Shown here: in pieces, positions 46,091 to 54,182 of the stretch
How the letters are laid out: every line of letters begins with the position of its first letter
Numbering within the stretch: position 1 is the first letter of the stretch
DNA from: Blastocatellia bacterium
Lineage (GTDB): Bacteria > Acidobacteriota > Blastocatellia > UBA7656
Length of the DNA: 64,000 bases
Direction of reading: 5' to 3'
Assembly: GCA_035634255.1 (NCBI GenBank)
Contig: DASQDI010000068.1
Coordinates: forward strand, 23,695 to 87,694
Notes under the pieces: generated by a model
The model's input: only the letters and a program-made list of their open reading frames with translations
Databases searched by the model: none
Told to the model about the DNA's origin: nothing
Made by a program: the position numbers and the translations under genes

Positions 46091-47065
46091 ATGTCTAAGG
46101 GTCATCACGAGCATCCTCATCACCACCACCACCACGGCTCCGGCAGCAACCGGAAGCGCCTGGCCATCGTGCTCGCCCTGACATTCACTTACATGCTGGC
46201 CGAGATCGCCGGGGGGCTCATCACCAACTCGCTCGCCCTGCTCTCGGACGCGGGCCACATGTTTACGGACGTGGCGGCGCTCGCCCTCGCGATGTTCGCC
46301 CTATGGTTCGCCGCGCGGCCCGTCAACCCCAAGAAGACCTACGGCTACTACCGGATGGAGATACTGGCGGCCCTGGCGAATGGGGTCGCGCTCGTCGTCA
46401 TCTCGCTCCTGATTTTTTACGAGGCGGTGCGGCGCATCAAGGAGCCCCAGGAAGTCGAAGGCTTCGAGATGACGCTCATCGCCGCCGGGGGGCTCGCGAT
46501 AAACGGGATCAGCGCGTGGCTGCTTCGCGCGGCCTCCGAAGAGAACCTGAACATACGGGGGGCCTTCCTGCACGTCGTAAGCGACGCTCTGGGGTCGGTG
46601 GGGGCGATAGCCGCGGGGCTCTCAATCTGGCTCTGGGGCTGGACGATGGCCGACCCCGTCATAAGCGTCGCGATGTGCCTGCTGATAATCTATAGCGCGT
46701 GGCAATTGATACGCGAGTCGGTCAACATACTGCTCGAAGGCACCCCCTCGCACATAAACATCCGCGCGGTGATCGACTCCATGCACGAAGTCGCGGGCGT
46801 CGCGGACGTTCACGACCTCCACGTCTGGACGATCAGCTCGGGCAAGGAGGCCCTGTCGGCCCACGTGACGGTAGCGGCGGGCGCGTCGCACAGGGAGACG
46901 CTCGAAGCTTTGCAGAAGAGGCTGCAATCGGTATTTAATATCGGGCACGTGACGCTTCAACTGGAATTGCCGGACGAGACCGGCGAAGAGAACGTAAAGC
47001 TCTATCAAATCGTCAGCAGGAGTCAGTCGGAGGTTGATGCGACAAGCACTCGCGGTAGCCGCTAA
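46091..47065 (+). CDS. Cation diffusion facilitator family transporter (CzcD/ZitB-like) with His-rich N-terminus
   Basis: HHHHHH N-terminal stretch, six TM helices, CDF signature, and a C-terminal cytoplasmic domain. Confidence 0.85.
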   Translation: MSKGHHEHPHHHHHHGSGSNRKRLAIVLALTFTYMLAEIAGGLITNSLALLSDAGHMFTDVAALALAMFALWFAARPVNPKKTYGYYRMEILAALANGVALVVISLLIFYEAVRRIKEPQEVEGFEMTLIAAGGLAINGISAWLLRAASEENLNIRGAFLHVVSDALGSVGAIAAGLSIWLWGWTMADPVISVAMCLLIIYSAWQLIRESVNILLEGTPSHINIRAVIDSMHEVAGVADVHDLHVWTISSGKEALSAHVTVAAGASHRETLEALQKRLQSVFNIGHVTLQLELPDETGEENVKLYQIVSRSQSEVDATSTRGSR

Positions 47066-47768
47066 AGCGCCTCTGTCAGGGAAGGTGAAGACCAGGCTGC
47101 ACTCTTTTCTTTCCTCGGATGACGCGACCGAACTTTACAGGTGCTTCCTCAAGGACACGCTCGCTCTGATGGAAAGCGTCCCCGGAACCGACATCGTCAT
47201 CTCTTACACCCCGGAGGGGGCGGAGCACCTCTTCGAGGGGATAGCGGGCGCGCGCCATCGGCTGCTGCTCCAACGGGGCGAGAGCTTCGGGGACAAGCTC
47301 TTTCACGCGCTCGCGGACCTGCTCTCTGAAGGCTTCGCGAGCGCGGCCATCATGGACGCGGACAGCCCGACGCTCCCGCGCGAGTTCCTCGCCCGCGCCT
47401 TCGAAGAGCTGGCCCGGCCCGGCGACCGGGTGGTGCTCGGCCCGGCGGCCGATGGCGGGTATTACCTGATCGGAATCAAGCACCCTCACCGGCAGTTGTT
47501 CGAGCGGATAACCTGGTCGTCCGAGCTCGTGCTCGGGGAGACCGTCGCGCGCGCGCGGGAGGTCGGGCTCGAAGTGACGCTCCTGCCCGAGTGGTACGAT
47601 GTAGACAGCGCGGGCGAGTTCGAGCGGTTGAAAGCCGACATATTCGAAAGCTCTAGCCCGCGCCCAGGCGTCCGGGCCGGGGGTGCCGCGGGAGATCACG
47701 CCCCGGCGTTTCATACGCGCCGTTTCATAATGTCGCGGTGGCCCGAAGGCGGCAACCACTCGAAATGA
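47034..47768 (+). CDS. DUF2064 / TIGR04282-family putative glycosyltransferase
   Basis: N-terminus ALAVAAKAPLSGKVKTRL is typical of DUF2064. Overlaps the CDF gene 3' end by 32 nt. Confidence 0.65.
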   Translation: MMRQALAVAAKAPLSGKVKTRLHSFLSSDDATELYRCFLKDTLALMESVPGTDIVISYTPEGAEHLFEGIAGARHRLLLQRGESFGDKLFHALADLLSEGFASAAIMDADSPTLPREFLARAFEELARPGDRVVLGPAADGGYYLIGIKHPHRQLFERITWSSELVLGETVARAREVGLEVTLLPEWYDVDSAGEFERLKADIFESSSPRPGVRAGGAAGDHAPAFHTRRFIMSRWPEGGNHSK

Positions 47769-49249
47769 GTCAGACCCTCGAAAAAAATAAGGCCGCGAAT
47801 GCTGCCCGGAATGATGAGTCGGGCGATGGGCCGAGCAGGGCGCGGCCCTTTCTCCCCATCGGCCTCCTGCCCTTCGCCCTGACCGCGCTCGGATCGGTGA
47901 GCGCATGGCTTTACGATTTCGCGGGGTTCCTTCAGAGCTTCGGGCAGGGGGTCGCCGTTTACACCGCCACCTTCATCGCGCAGTTCGCGCTCTACCTCGG
48001 GGCCTGCTACCTTGTGCTGAGGAGGGAGAATTCCGGGCGGTCATTCTCGCATGGGTGGGTCGCGCTCGTCGTGATCCTGGCCTTCGCGACGGTTTTCCGG
48101 GCGCAGCTTATCGACCAGCCCCCTTATCTTTCGACCGACGTTTACCGCTACGTCTGGGACGGGCGCGTGCAGTCGGAAGGCATAAACCCTTACCGCTACC
48201 TCCCCGTCGCCGAAGAGCTGGCCCACCTGAGAGACGACCACATATACCCTCAGATCAATCGCCGCGAGTTCGCGCACACGATCTATCCGCCCGCCGCGCA
48301 GGCCATCTTTCTGGCCGCAAACCTCGCGCGGCCTTCGAGCGTCTCGGGATTCAAAGCCGCCATGTCTCTGTTCGACGCTCTGGCGGCGCTCGCTCTCGCT
48401 CTGGCCCTCGCGCGCGCGGGCCTCGACCCCGCGCGCGTCGTGATCTTCGCGTGGCACCCGCTCGTCATCTGGGAGTCCGCGCACAGTGGTCACATAGAAT
48501 CGGCCGCCATGGCCTTCCTGGCGCTCGCGCTCCTCGCGTGGACGTATGACAGGCGCGCGCTCGCGGGCGTGGCCCTCGCCATCGCGACGCTCGTGAAGCT
48601 GTACCCGGCGCTGCTGCTCCCGCTCTTCATAACCAGGCGTGACGCGAGCGATCCCCGAGAGCAAAACGTCCCTCCGGTGCGCGGGCCATTTCGACTGTCC
48701 GGGCTATTTCAGCGGCTCAGCTATTGGGCCGTCTTCGCGTTCGCCGCGACCGTCGCGCTAGCTTACGTCCCATACATCGGCGCGGGGTGGGGGGTCCTGG
48801 GGTACCTGCCGGAGTACTTTAAAGAGGAAGGTTTCGTGCACGCGGGAAACCGTTACCTGCTGCTGGCGCTCGCGAGAAAGGCGCTCCCTCTGCCCACCCT
48901 GGCCTATTCGATCACCGCCGCGCTCGCGCTCGCGGGCTTCGCGGCGTGGCTGCTCTTCGGCAAGCGACGCGACGTGATCGACGTGGCGCGCGGGGCCTCG
49001 GCGATGATCGGGCTCTTTTTGATTTTGAGCAGCCCGCGCTATGGATGGTACATCGCCTGGATAATCCCTTTTCTGGTCTTCGCGCCGTCGGCCGGGTGGC
49101 TTTACCTTACGGGCGCGTCGGTGTTGTTGTATCTTTTATGGCTGACGGGCGATTACCCGAACGTCCCGCTGTGGCTCGGGGCGGCGATATACCTGCCCGC
49201 GCTGGTCCTGCTCGCGTGGGAGCGCGTGCGCGTGCGGTTTTCCATGTGA
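47765..49249 (+). CDS. Polytopic membrane protein, DUF2029/GT87-like (PimE-type mannosyltransferase family)
   Basis: Many TM helices. YRYVWDGR...GINPY motif characteristic of the DUF2029/GT87 family. ATGA overlap with the upstream gene. Confidence 0.6.
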   Translation: MSQTLEKNKAANAARNDESGDGPSRARPFLPIGLLPFALTALGSVSAWLYDFAGFLQSFGQGVAVYTATFIAQFALYLGACYLVLRRENSGRSFSHGWVALVVILAFATVFRAQLIDQPPYLSTDVYRYVWDGRVQSEGINPYRYLPVAEELAHLRDDHIYPQINRREFAHTIYPPAAQAIFLAANLARPSSVSGFKAAMSLFDALAALALALALARAGLDPARVVIFAWHPLVIWESAHSGHIESAAMAFLALALLAWTYDRRALAGVALAIATLVKLYPALLLPLFITRRDASDPREQNVPPVRGPFRLSGLFQRLSYWAVFAFAATVALAYVPYIGAGWGVLGYLPEYFKEEGFVHAGNRYLLLALARKALPLPTLAYSITAALALAGFAAWLLFGKRRDVIDVARGASAMIGLFLILSSPRYGWYIAWIIPFLVFAPSAGWLYLTGASVLLYLLWLTGDYPNVPLWLGAAIYLPALVLLAWERVRVRFSM

Positions 49250-49254
49250 CTCTT

Positions 49255-50058
49255 ATGACAACGGACGGTTTCGAATTCGATTTCAATGAGCGCGCGCTCG
49301 AGGGCCGGGTGGTCCTGGTGGCGGGCGGCACGGGCGGGCTCGGCAGCGCCACGGTCGCTCTGCTGGCGCGCGAGGGCGCGACCGTCGTGGCCGGATACCT
49401 GAAGGGGCGGGAGCGCGCCGAAGCCCTGAAACAGGCCGTGGAAGCCAGATACGGGAAGGCTATACATCTGGTCGAGGGCGACATATCCGACCCCGAGGCG
49501 CGCGCGCGGTACGTTGAGACGGCGGACGCGCTAGGCGACGGGCTTTACGCGATGGTCTGCTTCACCGGAGACCCGGCCAGAGTTAAGTTCGACGACGTGA
49601 CCGACGCGGACCTTCACGCCTCGATGCAGGAGAATTACATAGCGCCCATACTGCTCGCGCGCGAGGCGGGCCTTGCGGTCCGGGCGCGGGGGACCGGGGG
49701 CGCGATAGTGCTACTGTCGACGATGCAGGCGGTGGCGGTCTTCGAATCGAGCGTCAACTACGCGGGGCCGAAGACGGCCCTGATACAGGCCGCGCGCATA
49801 ATGGCGAAGCAGTGGGGCGGCCCGCGGGGCGTTCGCGTCAACGTCATCGCGCCGGGCGTGAACCGCGCGGGGATGGCCCTGAAGTCCATCGAGTCGGGCA
49901 AGTACGATTTCTACATCGAGCAGCAGATCATCCCGCGTTTCGGGAGGCCGGAGGACGTGGCCCGCGTGGCCCGCCTGCTCGTCGAGCCCGACAATTACAT
50001 CACGGGGCAGGTCATCACCGTCGATGGCGGCCTGACCCTTCGCCGCGACCGTAGCTGA
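49255..50058 (+). CDS. SDR-family oxidoreductase
   Basis: Rossmann motif VAGGTGGLGSA and a YxxxK-type catalytic region. Confidence 0.8.
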   Translation: MTTDGFEFDFNERALEGRVVLVAGGTGGLGSATVALLAREGATVVAGYLKGRERAEALKQAVEARYGKAIHLVEGDISDPEARARYVETADALGDGLYAMVCFTGDPARVKFDDVTDADLHASMQENYIAPILLAREAGLAVRARGTGGAIVLLSTMQAVAVFESSVNYAGPKTALIQAARIMAKQWGGPRGVRVNVIAPGVNRAGMALKSIESGKYDFYIEQQIIPRFGRPEDVARVARLLVEPDNYITGQVITVDGGLTLRRDRS

Positions 50059-50079
50059 AAAGAGGAGACCATCAGGGTA

Positions 50080-51660
50080 ATGAAATTCGCTTCTCGCATC
50101 TCCCGGCAAAGCGCGCGGGTCGTCGCAGTGCTCCTCCTCGCCCTCCCATTCTCGGGGGCGCAGACAGCCCGCACGCAAAAGCCCGCCTTAAGTAAGGAAG
50201 TCAAAGCCGCCCTCGACCGGGTCTCGGCGGAGTCTTTGAAAGGCCACCTCTCTTTCATCGCGTCCGATTTGCTCGAAGGGCGCAACACGCCTTCGCCGGG
50301 GCTCGACATAGCCGCGAGCTACATCGCGGCGCAGTTCCGCCGCGCGGGGCTTGAGCCGGTGGGGGACGACGGGTACTACCAGACGGCGAACTGGCTCCTG
50401 ATGGAGCGCGATGTAAAAGCATTCAACCTCGTCTTCGAGGATTCCGGTAAGGCCACTAGCGTCGGCATTGATCGCGTGAGCCTTCCCAACTCCGTCTCCG
50501 CGACGGTGTCGGGCGCGAGCCTCTTTAAGGTCGACTACAAAGACGCGGCCCTGCTCGCCGTGCTCCAGCCCTCTGACATCGAAGGGAAGGCCGTGATTAC
50601 GGACATACCGGACTTTCAGAGCGAGACGGGCGCGCGCCGCTCGGAGATTTTTCGAACCATGGGCGAGTTCGTCAATAAGATTTCCGGTTTGAAGCCCGCG
50701 CTCGTGCTCTCCGTCAATCGGAGTAACCCGACTGGCACCGGGGCCGGCGCGGGCCGTCTGATCGATCCTGAAAACCGCCCGGCTGCCCCCCCCGCTTCCC
50801 GCATGGGCATCGTCTCCGTGCACGACCCTGAAGTCGTCAGGCTGTACGACTCTCTGAAGCCGGGCCTTTCAACCGCGACTGTTTCGGCCCGGCTCGGCGG
50901 GTTCGTCGAAAAGGGCGTCAAGCTGCGGAACGTGGTCGGCTTACTTCGGGGCTCCGACCCGGTCTTGAAGGACACCTATGTGCTCCTCACGGCCCACTAC
51001 GACCACATAGGCGTGCGGCCTTTCGGGGAAGGGGACCGCATAAACAACGGGGCCAACGATGACGGCAGCGGCACCGTCTCCCTGATCGAGATCGCGTCGG
51101 CGCTCTCCCGGCTCAACCCTCGCCCGCGGCGCAGCATCCTGTTTATGGCCTTCTTCGGCGAAGAGAAAGGGCTGCTCGGGTCGCGTTACTATGGCCGCCA
51201 CCCGGTATTCCCTATAGAGAAGACCGTGGCCGACGTAAACCTTGAGCAGGTGGGCCGCACCGACGACAGCGAGGGGCCGCAGGTCGGGACCGCCGCGCTC
51301 ACGGGCTTCGATTACTCTGACGTGGGAACCATCTTCAAGACGGCGGGCGAGATGGTCGGAGTCAGGGTCTACAAGCACGAGCGCAACAGCGACGCCTTTT
51401 TCAGCCGCAGCGATAATCAGGCGCTCGCGGACCAGGGGGTCCCCGCGCACACTCTGAGCGTCTCTTATAATTTCCCCGATTATCACGGCGTCGGCGACCA
51501 CTGGGAGAAGATCGATTACGTCAACATGGAAAAGATCAACCGGTTGATCGCGCTCGGGCTGCTGATGATCGCGAATAATAAAGAAGAGCCGAAGTGGAAC
51601 GAGGCCAACCCCTCAGCGGCCCGTTACCTCAAGGCCTGGAGGGACCGCCGCGCGCAATAG
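50080..51660 (+). CDS. Secreted M28-family peptidase with PA-like insert
   Basis: Signal peptide. Zn-binding motifs (HYDHIG..., NGANDDGSGTVSLIEIA, FFGEEKGLLGS). AAGAGGAG SD. Confidence 0.85.
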   Translation: MKFASRISRQSARVVAVLLLALPFSGAQTARTQKPALSKEVKAALDRVSAESLKGHLSFIASDLLEGRNTPSPGLDIAASYIAAQFRRAGLEPVGDDGYYQTANWLLMERDVKAFNLVFEDSGKATSVGIDRVSLPNSVSATVSGASLFKVDYKDAALLAVLQPSDIEGKAVITDIPDFQSETGARRSEIFRTMGEFVNKISGLKPALVLSVNRSNPTGTGAGAGRLIDPENRPAAPPASRMGIVSVHDPEVVRLYDSLKPGLSTATVSARLGGFVEKGVKLRNVVGLLRGSDPVLKDTYVLLTAHYDHIGVRPFGEGDRINNGANDDGSGTVSLIEIASALSRLNPRPRRSILFMAFFGEEKGLLGSRYYGRHPVFPIEKTVADVNLEQVGRTDDSEGPQVGTAALTGFDYSDVGTIFKTAGEMVGVRVYKHERNSDAFFSRSDNQALADQGVPAHTLSVSYNFPDYHGVGDHWEKIDYVNMEKINRLIALGLLMIANNKEEPKWNEANPSAARYLKAWRDRRAQ

Positions 51661-51965
51661 AGACGCGGCCCGCGCTCACGTTAATCATCCCAAACTATCT
51701 GCACAGATTGCTCCCGGACCTGCAATCGAAGCACATGGAGCCAGCGCCCCTGTCCTGTAATCCACACAGCCGGGCCTCGGACCCTATTTGAATTTCATAC
51801 ACAGCGATGCGTAACTGAAGCTGCCGCAACCGCGAGCGCCCGCCGGCAGGGAGTCGGGCGGCCCGATCCCATAGCGGCGCGCCAGTTGCTCTAGTGTCGA
51901 AGGGAATACGTGTGAAGTCGAAAGGCTGTAATATTAATAGAGCGCGGGTGAGGCACTAAAGCAGT

Positions 51966-52598
51966 ATGCAATTGAACTTTATTCTTTTATGGGAAATCTG
52001 GCGCACTCTGAGGCGTCTGGGCGGGCTGGGTCTTATTCTGATGGGTCTGGTCGATAGCTCCGTGATCCCGACTCCGGGAGGTCAGGACGCTCTGACTATA
52101 ATGCTGGCGGCGGGAGAGAAGGACTGGTGGCCTTACTATGGCTTGATGGCCGCGCTAGGCTCGGTGCTCGGCGGGTACGTGACGTATCGGCTCGGGCGCA
52201 AAGGCGGGGAGGAAGCTCTGGAGCAGCGCCTCTCCAAGCGCAAGCGCGAGCGCGTCAAACGGATATTCGAGAAGTGGGGATTCGGGGCGGTCTTTGTTCC
52301 GGCAATAATGCCGCCGCCCGTACCTATAAGCCCCTTCCTGCTGAGCGCGGGGGCGATGGACTACCCGATAAAGAAATACCTGCTCGCTCTGTCGGCGGGG
52401 CGGGTCCTCAGGTTCGGTCTGGTCGCGTATTTTGCTTCGATATATGGGCGGCGGGTGCTGAGGTTCTTCGCCGATAATTACATGACGGTCATCGTCGTGA
52501 CGGTGAGCCTCGCCGTGATCGGGGTGGTGGTCTTCCTCGCTTATCGCGCGCGGCGCAAGAAGGCCGAGGACCATTCCCCCTCTCCGAGCCCAGGTTGA
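51966..52598 (+). CDS. DedA/YqaA-family (VTT/SNARE-associated) membrane protein
   Basis: Four to five TM helices. Conserved DedA-family motif region. Confidence 0.7.
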   Translation: MQLNFILLWEIWRTLRRLGGLGLILMGLVDSSVIPTPGGQDALTIMLAAGEKDWWPYYGLMAALGSVLGGYVTYRLGRKGGEEALEQRLSKRKRERVKRIFEKWGFGAVFVPAIMPPPVPISPFLLSAGAMDYPIKKYLLALSAGRVLRFGLVAYFASIYGRRVLRFFADNYMTVIVVTVSLAVIGVVVFLAYRARRKKAEDHSPSPSPG

Positions 52599-53206
52599 TG
52601 CGTGAGATTGATGGCGGAGGGGACAGGGCTCGAACACTCTTAGAATTTCGAGCCCTTTGCTATACTGCGCCGGTGAATCCAAAGAGCTTGGAGATAAGAG
52701 AACGGTACATCGCGAACCCCAACAAATGTCTCACCTGTAATAAGCCGATTCTTCCTCAACCGGGGCAACGCCTTTTTAATGTACGTCAGAAAAAATTCTG
52801 TAATAGCTCCTGCGCGGCCTCCTTCAATAACCGTCTTTTTCCTAAGAAGAGATTGGCGAGAAAAATCTGTATAACGTGCCTTCAGGGATTCTCTCCTCAC
52901 AACCACCGAATCAAAACCTGTACCGCGTGCCGACCAGCCCGCTCCAGGCCACGCAGGTTAGGTGATTTGACTAGGAAGGAGGTGAGTCGCGTAATCCTCG
53001 GTAGGCATGTGCTACGAGCTATGGTTAATCGACCTAAAGTCTGTGCCATCTGCGGGTATGACAAGTTTGTCGATGTTTGTCACATTAAGCCCGTGGCCTC
53101 TTTCCCGACACAAGCTAAGTTGAGAGAAATCAACGCGCCTGAGAATCTCGTTTATATGTGTCCGAATCATCACCGAGAATATGATCGTGGGCTCTTAAAT
53201 CTCAAC

Positions 53207-53215
<9 letters not shown>
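52595..53215 (+). CDS. HNH endonuclease-domain protein with N-terminal Cys-rich region, in a low-GC patch
   Basis: C-terminal HNH motif (CAICGYDKFVDVCHIKPV...NLVYMCPNHHREYD). Local GC is roughly 48% versus ~67% elsewhere. Its stop overlaps the 3' end of tRNA-Ser. The true start may be internal (for example the GTG near 52676). Confidence 0.6.
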
Positions 53216-53288
<73 letters not shown>

Positions 53289-53420
53289 CTATTTACTGAG
53301 TTGCAGACAAGAGAGTATAGGCGATGCCGCGTCGAGTTATCAAGATGAGCCTGGATCAATATTGGGCGGTTATCCTGACCTCCGCGGTTGGGTAAACAGG
53401 AAGACGCGGGCAAAAAAATA

Positions 53421-53454
53421 ACGGAAGAGGCACTCGGGCGAGTTTCCCTTCCGT
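53421..53454. terminator. Hairpin flanked by an A-run and a T-run (bidirectional terminator-like)
   Basis: AAAAAAATA-ACGGAAGAGG...CCCTTCCGT-TTTCT. Lies downstream of the HNH gene on the plus strand. Confidence 0.35.
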
Positions 53455-54182
53455 TTTCTGCGTCCCTTCAATGGTTGTGTCCCTCAACCAGAGAAGAAGA
53501 GGAGGTTATTTGACAGCCACAATCCAAATTCCCTCATGGTTGCCGAGTTGACGGGACAATACCATAACTATTAGTTCCAATAATACCGTCGTCTCTCTAA
53601 AAGCAAAGAAAAGTATCACCGCGACCCGCCCGTAAACTTCGGTTTTCAATACAGTAAGCTGGAATACCAATATATTGGGCATGAGCCGGTACTAGTGCGA
53701 CGAACGTTACCCCATGATGGGTTTGGGGCGGGAATCCTGTTTCAGGGGCGAAAAAGAGACGCCTTCAGGGGTCGCGCGAAGGGCGAGATGGCGGGCAGGG
53801 CAGCCATAAAAAGATTGCGGAGCCGCGGATTTTTTGAAAAAGCAAGAGCAGGCAAGGGTAGAGAATCGCCCGGCCCTCAATTTTCCGCGCCCGCGAACGG
53901 GCAACGCTTTTCGCGCGGGAACATCAAAGTCGTCGCGCGAACTGTCAGCCTCGGGCCCTCTGGAAAGGCGGGCGGCCATTATGTAATTACTTTTTACAAC
54001 AGGCGGGTTGTGTTATTATGCGCGCGATAGCGGAACTGATTAACCGTCCCTTACCGGAGCCCGTCGCTGCTGGCCTTACCTGATCGGGACCGCGTTTCAG
54101 ATAAGAACCGCGCCGGGAATATGTCTAAACTCTCTGTCGGAACAAGCGGGTGAGCACCTGAACCCTGAGTCGTAGAGGTAAT

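Noticed and set aside
53695-54030. 111-aa plus-strand ORF and overlapping 90-aa minus-strand ORF in the non-coding region after tRNA-Ser
   Set aside because: Mutually antisense, Arg/Gly-rich, with no start context. More likely a GC-rich non-coding stretch.
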